DNA of 32,333 nt from Candidatus Micrarchaeota archaeon (GCA_027077895.1 JALWQZ010000002.1:1-32333), one strand, 5' to 3'; shown: positions 6,739-15,566, numbered from the stretch's first letter. Notes: generated by a model not told the origin, from the sequence alone. Program-made: numbers and translations.

Positions 6739-9354
6739 GTGTTGGATATAGACGACCCAGATAAATTTAAAGATACTAAAATCGATGAGGTCCTGTCGGT
6801 TCTAGAAACCTCAAAAGACGGACTATCAACAAAGGAAGCAAAAAGAAGATTGGAAAAGTTCGGGGAGAACAAGATAGAAGAGAAGGAACTCCCTGAATGG
6901 AAAAAGTTCCTAAAACACTTCTGGGGACCAATTCCATGGATGATTGAAATCGCTGCAATACTCTCTGCTTTCTTGCACAAATGGGAAGATTTCTCTGTAA
7001 TCATGTTGATGCTCATCATAAACGTCGGTGTAGACTACTGGCAGGAAAGAAAGGCAGGGTCAGCAATAAAGGCATTGAAAAAGAGGTTGGAGGTAAAGGC
7101 CAAAGTCTTAAGAGATGGCAAATGGGTTGAGATACCTGCTAGTCAGTTAGTGCCCGGAGATATAGTGAGAGTTAGAATAGGTGACATGATCCCTGCTGAT
7201 CTAAAACTCATAGATGGGGATTATGTTCTAGTAGACCAGTCCGCATTAACTGGGGAATCACTACCTGTGACAAAGCACGCTGGTGACCTAGCATATACAG
7301 GCACCATTGTCAAAAAGGGAGGCATGACAGGTGTTGTAATTGCGACAGGATTTAACACAAAATTCGGGAAGAACGCGGCATTGGTCACAAAGGCAGAAAT
7401 GCAAAAGGTTGGGCACCTACAGCAGATGGTCGTTAGAATAACAGACTACCTGATCATACTGACACTGGTACTTGCGGCAATAATAATGATTGTTGCACTA
7501 TATCGGGGGCAGAATATACTTGAATTTACCAGGTTCGCTCTAGTTCTAGTGGTGGCGTCTATACCCGTCGCCCTGCCAGCCGTGTTATCGGTTACAATGG
7601 CAATAGGTGCGATGGATCTAGCAAGAAAAAATGCAATAGTAAAACACTTAAAGGCCATACAGGAATTAGCAAGTGTCGACACATTGTGTGTAGATAAGAC
7701 CGGAACACTAACAAAGAATCAACTGGTCATATCCAATCCCATAACATATGGAAAATTTAAACCAAAGGATGTCGTGTATTATGCTCTCCTTGCCTCACGC
7801 ATAGAAGACAAGGATCCGCTTGAACTCACAATATACAAATCCGCAGAGAAGTTTGGCCTGAAAAATGTGTACAAGAACGTGAAACTACTCTCATTTGTTC
7901 CGTTTGACCCAAAAATAAAGAGGTCAGAAGCAAAGGTAAAGGTTGGTAGGAAAACAATTGAGGTAATAAAAGGCGCGCCTCAAGTCATCGTGGGCATAAC
8001 GAATCTAAAAGGGAAAGAGAAAGAAAAGGTGGAGAACGATATTTACAACCTAGCAACTAGAGGCTACAGAACAATAGGTGTTGCTGTTAAACTAAAAGAC
8101 AAGTGGGAACTAGTTGGATTAATACCCATGTATGACCCACCAAGAGAGGACGCCAAGGAAACAATAGACCACCTAAAGAATATGGGCGTAACTGTGAAGA
8201 TGGTGACAGGAGATAACAAAGCAATCGCAAAGGAAATCGCCAAGATACTTGGTATAGGTGAGAATATACTAACACCGAAGGAGATGACAGGTGAAGACCA
8301 AGAGGAACTCATACTGCTAGCCAAGATATTATCAAAAGAGATATACAAGAAGTTAAAGAAGAAGACGACAGACGAGGATGCCGAAGAATTTGCAAGAAAG
8401 ATAACTCAGGAAATTGTGAAGGAGTTTGAGAACTTGCATATACCAAAGGGAACTGTGAAGAAGCACGAAGCAGAAATTGCCGAGTTAGTCGAGGATGCAG
8501 ACGGTTTTGCAGAAGTCTATCCTGAACACAAGTATCTAATCGTCAACAGTCTACAGAAAAAAGATCATATCGTGGCAATGACTGGGGATGGTGTAAACGA
8601 TGCCCCAGCGCTCAAAAAAGCAGATTGTGGGATTGCGGTGGATAAAGCCACAGATGCCGCTAGGATGGCAGCGGACATAGTGCTCATGGCGCCTGGAATA
8701 AATGTCATCGCAGATGCAGTGACAGAAGCCAGACAGATATTCAAGAGAATGAATGCCTATGTCATATACAGGATATCAGAAACAATCAGAGTTATGTTCT
8801 TCATGACTCTAGCAATAGTATTCTTAAACACATATCCAATTACTGCAATAATGATAGTGTTACTAGCGTTACTGAATGACATACCAATACTTACGATTGC
8901 ATATGATAACGCAGAGCCTTCCGGCCACGCTGAGAGATGGGAAACACATGCAATAGTCATAATGTCCACTGTTTTGGGTCTCACAGGTGTGGTGTCAACG
9001 TTCCTACTATACTACCTAGCCAAGGTTTATTTCCATTTACCAGAAGGTGTTGTGTCAACGTTGATGTTCCTAAAACTAGCAGTAGCAGGACACTTTACAT
9101 TGTACCTCGCTAGGCACTCAAAGCCATTCTGGGCAAAGCCATGGCCTTCCAAGACTCTACTGATAGCGTCAGAATCAACCAAGGTACTGGCAACTCTATT
9201 CGCGGTATACGGTATCCTAGTGCCTGCAATAGGGTGGACACTGTCATTAATAGCATGGGGTTACGCATTCGTCTGGTTCCTAATACTGGACGGTGTAAAG
9301 GTGTTCACGTACCGTGTTATGAAGAGGCACAATATCGCGTACGTAAGTGACTGA
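6739..9354 (+). CDS. Plasma-membrane proton-efflux P-type ATPase (P3A)
   Basis: TGES, DKTGTLT, KGAP, TGDGVNDAPALKKA, TM4 'SIPVALPAV', TM6 'LLNDIPIL' carrying the proton-binding Asp. GTG at 6739 follows SD GAGGTGA (ORF track starts at 6730). Confidence 0.95.
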   Translation: MLDIDDPDKFKDTKIDEVLSVLETSKDGLSTKEAKRRLEKFGENKIEEKELPEWKKFLKHFWGPIPWMIEIAAILSAFLHKWEDFSVIMLMLIINVGVDYWQERKAGSAIKALKKRLEVKAKVLRDGKWVEIPASQLVPGDIVRVRIGDMIPADLKLIDGDYVLVDQSALTGESLPVTKHAGDLAYTGTIVKKGGMTGVVIATGFNTKFGKNAALVTKAEMQKVGHLQQMVVRITDYLIILTLVLAAIIMIVALYRGQNILEFTRFALVLVVASIPVALPAVLSVTMAIGAMDLARKNAIVKHLKAIQELASVDTLCVDKTGTLTKNQLVISNPITYGKFKPKDVVYYALLASRIEDKDPLELTIYKSAEKFGLKNVYKNVKLLSFVPFDPKIKRSEAKVKVGRKTIEVIKGAPQVIVGITNLKGKEKEKVENDIYNLATRGYRTIGVAVKLKDKWELVGLIPMYDPPREDAKETIDHLKNMGVTVKMVTGDNKAIAKEIAKILGIGENILTPKEMTGEDQEELILLAKILSKEIYKKLKKKTTDEDAEEFARKITQEIVKEFENLHIPKGTVKKHEAEIAELVEDADGFAEVYPEHKYLIVNSLQKKDHIVAMTGDGVNDAPALKKADCGIAVDKATDAARMAADIVLMAPGINVIADAVTEARQIFKRMNAYVIYRISETIRVMFFMTLAIVFLNTYPITAIMIVLLALLNDIPILTIAYDNAEPSGHAERWETHAIVIMSTVLGLTGVVSTFLLYYLAKVYFHLPEGVVSTLMFLKLAVAGHFTLYLARHSKPFWAKPWPSKTLLIASESTKVLATLFAVYGILVPAIGWTLSLIAWGYAFVWFLILDGVKVFTYRVMKRHNIAYVSD

Positions 9355-9363
9355 GGTGATTAT

Positions 9364-10776
9364 ATGTATGGAGGTTATTCATATATTGATAAAAAGTATA
9401 AACCAGGAAAGGATGATTTCATAGTCCTTTTCTGGATGGATGGTCACGCAAAGATCGAAAAACTAGCAGAAGCAGTGGCTAGTGAATCCAGCGTTGGCAC
9501 CTGGACAAAGATAAAAACAATGAACGCAAAGGTCTTCAGAGAGTACAGGGCGAGGATATTCAAGATAATCAAAGTAACCGAAAACTCTGGTTTTGTTTAC
9601 ATGGCATACCCATGGCAGCACTTTGACCAGAAGAATGTCTTGCAATTCTACGCAGGCGTCCTAGGAAATCTATTTGGCTTGAAGGAGTTGGAGGATTGCT
9701 ACGTCCTGGACGTAAAACTCCCTGAGAAATACCAAAAGCAATTTTCTGGTCCAGGATTCGGAATGGAAGGAATCAGAAAGTACGTTGGAACAAAGAAAAA
9801 CAGGAGACCACACGTTGGAACAATAGTCAAACCAAAGGTGGGACTGACTCCAAAGGAATTCTCAGAGGTCGCCTACAAGGCATGGTCTGGTGGTTTAGAC
9901 CTAGTCAAGGACGACGAAAACCTAGTCGACCAAAAATTCTGCCCATGGAAGAAGAGATTCGATCTAGTCAGCAAAGCACTTGACAAAGCAGAACAGGAGA
10001 CAGGTGAAAAGAAACTCTATGCAACTAACATAACTGATTCCAGTATTGATAGAATGATTGAAAGACTAGAGTATGTGAAGGATTCTGGGATGAAGATGAT
10101 AATGCTTGATGTTTACATCCTAGGTATCCCAGCATTGATGGAGATGGTCAATGAAGCAAAAAAAGCCAAGTTATTCATACACGCACATAGAGCAGGATAC
10201 GCTGCGCACCACAGAGGAAACTTCGGGGTAAACTTCGCAATATACGAGAGATTCTGGAGGATGATAGGTGTTGACCAATTGCACATAGGAACAGGAGTAG
10301 GTAAGATGGAAGGGGGAACCCTGTGGATAAACCATCTGCACAAACTGGCACAAGATTATGAAATCCCAGAAAAATTCTACTTAGGAAGCCTAGGCCAAAC
10401 ATGGATAAAAACCATAAAACCATTGTTTGCTGTGGCAAGTGGCGGGATGGACCCGGGTAGAGTGGACGCGGCCGTTGCTCTCCACGGAAAGGATGTTATA
10501 ATACAAGCAGGTGGGGGTGTGCACGGGCACCCAGGTGGGACCATGGCCGGAGCAAGAGCACTGAGGCAGGCAGCAGATGCAGTCGTAGAGGGAATCCCAG
10601 CACCAGAATACGCTAAGACTCACAAAGAACTAGCCCAAGCACTAAAACACTGGGGTTACATAAAGCCCAAGCAGATAAAGGACAAACTAGCATTTGAAAA
10701 GAAGAAAAGGTCATTCCTAACAAAAACAGTGAAAAACAGAGGTATGGCAGGAATACGGTCTATCTGGGAGTTATAA
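9364..10776 (+). CDS. rbcL: RuBisCO large subunit, archaeal form III / form III-like
   Basis: ESSVGTW, GNLFG, KPKVG, carbamylation motif GGLDLVKDDENL, HAHRA, loop 6 HIGTGVGKMEG, SGG, GGGVHGHP. Confidence 0.95.
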   Translation: MYGGYSYIDKKYKPGKDDFIVLFWMDGHAKIEKLAEAVASESSVGTWTKIKTMNAKVFREYRARIFKIIKVTENSGFVYMAYPWQHFDQKNVLQFYAGVLGNLFGLKELEDCYVLDVKLPEKYQKQFSGPGFGMEGIRKYVGTKKNRRPHVGTIVKPKVGLTPKEFSEVAYKAWSGGLDLVKDDENLVDQKFCPWKKRFDLVSKALDKAEQETGEKKLYATNITDSSIDRMIERLEYVKDSGMKMIMLDVYILGIPALMEMVNEAKKAKLFIHAHRAGYAAHHRGNFGVNFAIYERFWRMIGVDQLHIGTGVGKMEGGTLWINHLHKLAQDYEIPEKFYLGSLGQTWIKTIKPLFAVASGGMDPGRVDAAVALHGKDVIIQAGGGVHGHPGGTMAGARALRQAADAVVEGIPAPEYAKTHKELAQALKHWGYIKPKQIKDKLAFEKKKRSFLTKTVKNRGMAGIRSIWEL

Positions 10777-10819
10777 CCCCAATATTTTTAAACCCCTCCT
10801 ATTATAACTAACTCGCATT

Positions 10820-10892
10820 GCCCCGGTAGTCTAGTGGTCTAGGATGCGGGCCTGTCGAGCCCGCGGCCCGGGTTCGAATCCCGGCCGGGGCG
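10820..10892 (+). tRNA. tRNA-Asp(GTC)
   Basis: Acceptor GCCCCGG/CCGGGGC, anticodon GTC 10854-10856, T arm CCGGG-TTCGAAT-CCCGG. TATA (TTTTTAAA) at about 10785. Confidence 0.97.
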
Positions 10893-10930
10893 CTTAACTA
10901 AAACATTTATAAATCCCTAGTACCAAAATA

Positions 10931-11014
10931 CACCCATCATATTGACGCTCTGCAAAGAGCGACTCCCCTAGCCTAGCGGGCAACCAACGAGTCCCGCCTG
11001 AGGGAGATGGAGTG
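10931..11014 (+). ncRNA. Candidate structured small RNA (three-way junction), family not recognised
   Basis: GC-rich island downstream of TATA TTTATAAA (10906-10913). Closing stem CAC-CCATC/GATGG-a-GTG, hairpin CGCTCT-GCAA-AGAGCG, arm TCCC..GCGGG/CCCGC..GGGA. Confidence 0.45.
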
Positions 11015-11024
11015 GAAGGTTAGG

Positions 11025-11146
11025 TTTATAAATACCTGACCATAAAAACTAGGCATACCGCGTGAAATCCCACGTGGTTCCAGCAGTTCCCCTTCTGCTC
11101 CTGCTCCAAGGTTGGGGGTTAGCACTAGCTGACCGTAGGTGATAAA
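11025..11146 (+). promoter_or_regulatory. Promoter (TTTATAAATA 11025-11034) and structured ~90-nt 5' leader of the uL3 operon
   Basis: TATA box; hairpins at 11057-11078, 11082-11099 and 11117-11134; SD AGGTGA 11137-11142. Confidence 0.6.
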
Positions 11147-12139
11147 ATGAGTAAGATGACAAAACCTAGGGCTGGATCACTGGCGTTTTCCCCTAGAGTC
11201 AGGGCTAGAAGAATTTATCCTAGGATAACATCCTGGCCAGAATCCACCGAGACAAAGCCCCTAGCCTTCGCCGGATACAAGGCAGGCATGACCCACATCA
11301 TCGCCGTTGACAAATACAAAAACTCGCCAACGTATGAACAGAAGGTTTCTATTCCAGTAACAATCGTTGAGGTCCCACCCATAACTGTCTTTGGTGTAAG
11401 AGCGTACGCAAAAACACCATATGGGAGAAAGGTATTAACCGAGGTATGGGCAGACAATCTAGACAATAACCTCAAAAGAAGAGTAAAAACCCCAAAATCA
11501 AAGAAATCCGATTTCTCTGTTCTTGAAAACATTATAGACCAAATATCCGAGATCCGCCTTCTCGTGCACACAAATCCACCATTCAAGAAGACACCAGAGG
11601 TATTTGAGATAAAAGTAGGCGGAGATCCTAAATCTGCACTTGAGTACGCAAAGGAAAAACTAGGAAAACAAATAACAATAAACGACGTATTCAAGGAAGG
11701 AGATTATGTTGACGCAATCGCGGTAACCAAGGGGAAGGGAATCCAAGGACCTGTTTACAGATGGGGTATAAAAATACAATATAGAAAAGCACACGGATTC
11801 AGAAGGCACGTTGGTGCTCTAGGGCCGTGGCATCCGACAAAGACAATGTGGAGGATACCACAGGCAGGACAAACAGGATTCCATGTAAGAACGGAAATCA
11901 ACAAGAGGATCATAAAAATAGGGAACAACGGCTCAGATGTGAATCCGATTGGTGGAATACCCCACTACGGGCTGGTAAAGGGCTCGTATATACTGGTAAA
12001 GGGATCACTACCTGGACCAAAGAAGAGGTTAATCATATTCAGGCAAGCATTGAGACCACCTAAAGTACAGGGGGTATTACCTGAACTGATAAAGATCTCC
12101 CAGGAATCTCAACAAGGAACTAGGGTGAAGGCCATATGA
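11147..12139 (+). CDS. rpl3: 50S ribosomal protein uL3
   Basis: 'PRAGSLAFSPRVRA', 'FAGYKAGMTH', 'AVTKGKGIQGPV', 'GQTGFHVRTE'. Confidence 0.98.
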   Translation: MSKMTKPRAGSLAFSPRVRARRIYPRITSWPESTETKPLAFAGYKAGMTHIIAVDKYKNSPTYEQKVSIPVTIVEVPPITVFGVRAYAKTPYGRKVLTEVWADNLDNNLKRRVKTPKSKKSDFSVLENIIDQISEIRLLVHTNPPFKKTPEVFEIKVGGDPKSALEYAKEKLGKQITINDVFKEGDYVDAIAVTKGKGIQGPVYRWGIKIQYRKAHGFRRHVGALGPWHPTKTMWRIPQAGQTGFHVRTEINKRIIKIGNNGSDVNPIGGIPHYGLVKGSYILVKGSLPGPKKRLIIFRQALRPPKVQGVLPELIKISQESQQGTRVKAI

Positions 12140-12921
12140 AAGCAAAGGTATACACTCCAACGGGAGCAGCCAAAGGGGAAATTGAACTCCCCAACGTATT
12201 CAGTGCACCTTACAGGCCAGACATCATAAGAAGGGTGTTCACAATCATACAAAGCCACAAGTTCCAGCCAAAGGGTGTTTATTATCTAGCAGGGAAGGAC
12301 ACATCCGCAGAGTACATAGGTAGAAGGGACGCATTCAGGTCTGGGATAAACAGGGGGAATTCTAGACTACCTAGGACGAAGCCAGGTGGTGGAGGCCTAG
12401 GTGATGTAGCAAGAGTACCTCATGCCAAAGGTGGTTTTAGAGCACATCCACCTAAAGTTGAGAAAAATCTGTACAAGCAAGTTAACAAGAAGGAAAAAAT
12501 CCTCGCATTAAGGTCTGCAATTGCTGCAAGTGCAAATCCATTCATTGTAAAAAGAAGGGGGCACAAAATACCCGAAGGTATTGAATTGCCGATTGTCGTT
12601 GATGATGGTGTTCAGGATCTCAAGAAAACAAAGGATATCGTGAAACTACTTGAGCAACTAGGACTAAAGGACGAACTAGAGAGAGCAAAGGAGAAGAAGA
12701 TAAGAGCAGGCAAGGGAAAGATGAGAGGGAGGAAATACAAAAAGAAAACATCAATCCTATTTGTTGTAAACAACGTGAAATTCGCAAAGGTTGTTGAGAA
12801 CATACCTGGAGTTGATGCAGTCTTGGTAAAAGATCTAAGCGTGAAAGACCTTGCTCCAGGAGGAGAAGCAGGAAGACTGACTGTATGGACAGAGTCTGCA
12901 ATAAAAGCGTTAGGTGAGTAG
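12136..12921 (+). CDS. rpl4: 50S ribosomal protein uL4
   Basis: 'GGFRAHPPK', 'KIRAGKGKMRGRKY', 'LAPGGEAGRLTVWTESA'. Confidence 0.98.
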   Translation: MKAKVYTPTGAAKGEIELPNVFSAPYRPDIIRRVFTIIQSHKFQPKGVYYLAGKDTSAEYIGRRDAFRSGINRGNSRLPRTKPGGGGLGDVARVPHAKGGFRAHPPKVEKNLYKQVNKKEKILALRSAIAASANPFIVKRRGHKIPEGIELPIVVDDGVQDLKKTKDIVKLLEQLGLKDELERAKEKKIRAGKGKMRGRKYKKKTSILFVVNNVKFAKVVENIPGVDAVLVKDLSVKDLAPGGEAGRLTVWTESAIKALGE

Positions 12922-12922
12922 A

Positions 12923-13174
12923 ATGGGAGTTATACTACATCCGTTGATGACCGAAAAGGCCGTGCAGATGATTGAAACAGAGAACAAAATAACATTTATC
13001 GTAAAGAAGAACGCAACAAAACCAGAGATAAAATCAGAAATAGAAAGCATGTATGGTGTGAAGGTTGATAAGGTAACAACCATGATAGACAGAAAAGGTA
13101 GGAAAAAGGCGTATGTGACCCTTAACAAGAAGAATCCAGCGTCTGAACTTGCCACAAAATTGAATATGATATGA
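12923..13174 (+). CDS. rpl23: 50S ribosomal protein uL23
   Basis: 'HPLMTEKA...ENKITFIV...KKAYVTL'; ATG at 12923 follows SD AGGTGA. Confidence 0.97.
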   Translation: MGVILHPLMTEKAVQMIETENKITFIVKKNATKPEIKSEIESMYGVKVDKVTTMIDRKGRKKAYVTLNKKNPASELATKLNMI

Positions 13175-13184
13175 GGGATGCCAT

Positions 13185-13895
13185 ATGGGTAAACCATTAA
13201 TTCATCAAAGAAGAGGTAAAGGATCACCAGCATTCAAGGCACCTAGTCACAGATTCAAGACTAGGGCAAGATATGCTCAATTTAACGAAACAGTTTATGG
13301 AGAAGTTGTTGATTTCATAGATGATCCATCAAAGCATACATTGGTAATGAAGATAAGATGGGACAATGGAACAGTATCAGAATACCTTGCCCCAGAGGGG
13401 ATAGGAGTAGGTGATAGAATAGCACAGGGAACAGATGCAGGCATTGCAATCGGAAATATACTACCCCTATCAGCAATACCAGAAGGTGTACCTATATTCA
13501 ATATTGAAGGAAGACCAGGGAATGGAGGCTCACTAGTTAGATCAAGCGGTGCAACAAGTTACATCGTGTCAAAAGACAAGAAACAAGCGCTAATCAAGAT
13601 GCCATCAGGAAAAACAAAAACTGTGAAACTGAATTCGCTGGCAACAATAGGTGTTGCATCAGGGGGTGGAAGGCCCGAAAAACCACTTGTAAAGGCAGGA
13701 AATGCCTACTACAAGAATAAGGCAAGAAATCACTGGTGGCCAAGAGTCAGAGGAATCGCAATGAATCCTGTTGATCACCCATTCGGTGGGAAAGAGCACC
13801 ACCCAGGTAAATCAACAACAACAAAGAGGACTGCGCCTCCTGGAAGAAAGGTCGGTCACATCGCTGCTAGGAGGACAGGTAGGAGAAAGAGGTGA
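13185..13895 (+). CDS. rpl2: 50S ribosomal protein uL2
   Basis: 'QRRGKGS', 'WPRVRGIAMNPVDHPFGG', 'APPGRKVGHIAARRTG'. Confidence 0.99.
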   Translation: MGKPLIHQRRGKGSPAFKAPSHRFKTRARYAQFNETVYGEVVDFIDDPSKHTLVMKIRWDNGTVSEYLAPEGIGVGDRIAQGTDAGIAIGNILPLSAIPEGVPIFNIEGRPGNGGSLVRSSGATSYIVSKDKKQALIKMPSGKTKTVKLNSLATIGVASGGGRPEKPLVKAGNAYYKNKARNHWWPRVRGIAMNPVDHPFGGKEHHPGKSTTTKRTAPPGRKVGHIAARRTGRRKR

Positions 13896-13900
13896 TTTTG

Positions 13901-14293
13901 TTGGCAAAGATATTCAAATATCGTGGGTACACACTTGAGGAGTTAAGAGCCATGGAGGAAGAAGACCTAGACAAACTTGCAAACCTCCTCCCCGCACCTG
14001 CTAGGAGAAAAATAAAGAGAGGGTTCACAAAGGAGGATAGGATACTCCTCAAGAAACTAAAACAAAAGCCCGATAAGATCATAAGAACCCACGATAGAGA
14101 TATGATAATACTCCCGAGTATGGTAAATAGAAAAATTGCTATCCATAATGGAAAAGAGTTTGTGTATGTTGACATAAAGCCAGAGATGATTGGACACAGG
14201 CTCGGAGAATATGCACCAACCAGGAAGGAGGTTAAACACTCTGGTCCAGGTGTGGGTGCTACAAGATCAACTAAATTCGTATCTGCTAAGTGA
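13901..14293 (+). CDS. rps19: 30S ribosomal protein uS19
   Basis: 'FKYRGYTLEEL', 'IRTHDRDMIILP', 'EMIGHRLGEYAPTRK'; likely TTG start at 13901 after SD. Confidence 0.98.
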   Translation: MAKIFKYRGYTLEELRAMEEEDLDKLANLLPAPARRKIKRGFTKEDRILLKKLKQKPDKIIRTHDRDMIILPSMVNRKIAIHNGKEFVYVDIKPEMIGHRLGEYAPTRKEVKHSGPGVGATRSTKFVSAK

Positions 14294-14304
14294 AGGTGAG
14301 ATAG

Positions 14305-14739
14305 ATGGCATACTCTATGCAAGTGAACGATGAAAAAATTGCAAAAGCGTGCATGAAGGACATTGACCTATCATACAAGAAGGCAGCGGTAGTCATGGAT
14401 GCAATAAGGGGAATGCCCCTACTTAAAGCAGAGGAATATTTAGAAGAGGTTATTGAGAAAAAAAGACCAATACCATTCAAAAAGTACAACACAGGAGTAG
14501 GACATAAACCTGGGGGTGTTATAGGTAAGTATCCAGTAAAGGCAGCCCAAATGATACTAAAACTCCTAAGGAATGTTGAAAACAACGCAGAGAATAAAGG
14601 CCTAGATAAAGAAAAATTGGTCATAATCCACGCAAAGGCAGATAAGGGAGCAGTGCTTAAGAGGAGGGCTCCAAGAGGCAGATGGAGATACAACAATCTT
14701 GTACTTGCTCACATAGAAGTAATAGTGAGGGAGGTCTGA
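14305..14739 (+). CDS. rpl22: 50S ribosomal protein uL22
   Basis: 'GKYPVKAA...LLRNVENNAENKGL', 'PRGR...HIEVIVRE'; operon position. Confidence 0.97.
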   Translation: MAYSMQVNDEKIAKACMKDIDLSYKKAAVVMDAIRGMPLLKAEEYLEEVIEKKRPIPFKKYNTGVGHKPGGVIGKYPVKAAQMILKLLRNVENNAENKGLDKEKLVIIHAKADKGAVLKRRAPRGRWRYNNLVLAHIEVIVREV

Positions 14740-14742
14740 GCC

Positions 14743-15396
14743 TTGATAGAGAGAAAATTTGTAGATTATGGGAAAACAAAGGTCATGCTGGATAGATACC
14801 TCAAGGATAGGTTAAGTAGAGCAGGATACGCAGGTGTTGACATACAAAAGACACCACTAGTGACGAGGATAATAATAAAGGTTGAGAGACCTGGGCTAGT
14901 GATTGGAAGAAAGGGTAGATCAATAAAGGAACTTACAGATGATATAGAAGAAAAATTTGGTCTGCAAAACGTCCAGATAAAGGTGGAGGAGATTTCTGTT
15001 CCAGAATTGGATGCAGTTGTTATGGCAAATAGGATTGCAAGATCACTTGAAAAGGGTTTACATTTTAGAAAAGTCATGAATTGGGCAGCAGACAGGATTA
15101 TGAAAGCAGGCGCCCTAGGATGTGAAATCGTGATAAGTGGTAAATTGGTGGGAAAAGGTGGCATGGCAAGAAGAGAGAGGGTCGCAGTAGGATATCTAAA
15201 GAAAGCGGGGGAACCAGCAAAGCAAGTTAGAGTCGCTCATGCTCAAGCACTTAAGAAGGCCGGGATTATAGGTGTCACTGTGAGGATCGCTCCTCCAGAC
15301 ATGGAGTTACCTGAAAAGAAGGGTATATCAGAGCAACTGAAGGTAATAGGTGGTGAGAATGGCAATAATGAAAATGAAGGAACTCAGAGCGCTTAG
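14743..15396 (+). CDS. rps3: 30S ribosomal protein uS3
   Basis: KH domain 'RPGLVIGRKG', 'AGALGCEIVISGKL'; TTG start. Confidence 0.98.
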   Translation: MIERKFVDYGKTKVMLDRYLKDRLSRAGYAGVDIQKTPLVTRIIIKVERPGLVIGRKGRSIKELTDDIEEKFGLQNVQIKVEEISVPELDAVVMANRIARSLEKGLHFRKVMNWAADRIMKAGALGCEIVISGKLVGKGGMARRERVAVGYLKKAGEPAKQVRVAHAQALKKAGIIGVTVRIAPPDMELPEKKGISEQLKVIGGENGNNENEGTQSA

Positions 15397-15565
15397 TGTC
15401 CCTGAACTAGAGGACAAGATGAAGGAGTTAGAATCAGAGTTAAGGCTAGAGATGGGGGCAGTGGCAAGTGGTGTGACACCGAAGAATCCAGGCAGGATAA
15501 GAGAAATAAAAAGAACAATTGCCAGGATAAAAACAATAATAAATGAAAGAGAGAAGGAGGTTTAG
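15359..15565 (+). CDS. rpl29: 50S ribosomal protein uL29
   Basis: 'ELRALS...NPGRIREIKRTIARIKTIINE'; start chosen after GGTGA SD. Confidence 0.96.
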   Translation: MAIMKMKELRALSVPELEDKMKELESELRLEMGAVASGVTPKNPGRIREIKRTIARIKTIINEREKEV

Positions 15566-15566
15566 A

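Noticed and set aside
8280..8490. Charged helical insertion in the P domain of the H+-ATPase
   Set aside because: I recall similar insertions in other prokaryotic P3A ATPases, so it is probably not novel; not verified.
9364..10776. RuBisCO-like protein (form IV), or evidence for a Calvin cycle
   Set aside because: Catalytic residues of true RuBisCO are present, so it is not form IV; no small subunit or phosphoribulokinase is in the window, so autotrophy is unsupported.
10931..11060. TPP or fluoride riboswitch, HDV-like/hammerhead ribozyme, 5S rRNA or SRP identity for the intergenic structure
   Set aside because: Only isolated words match (CTGAG, ACCTGA, GGAGATGG, GGGCAAC); the required pairings and conserved cores could not be built.
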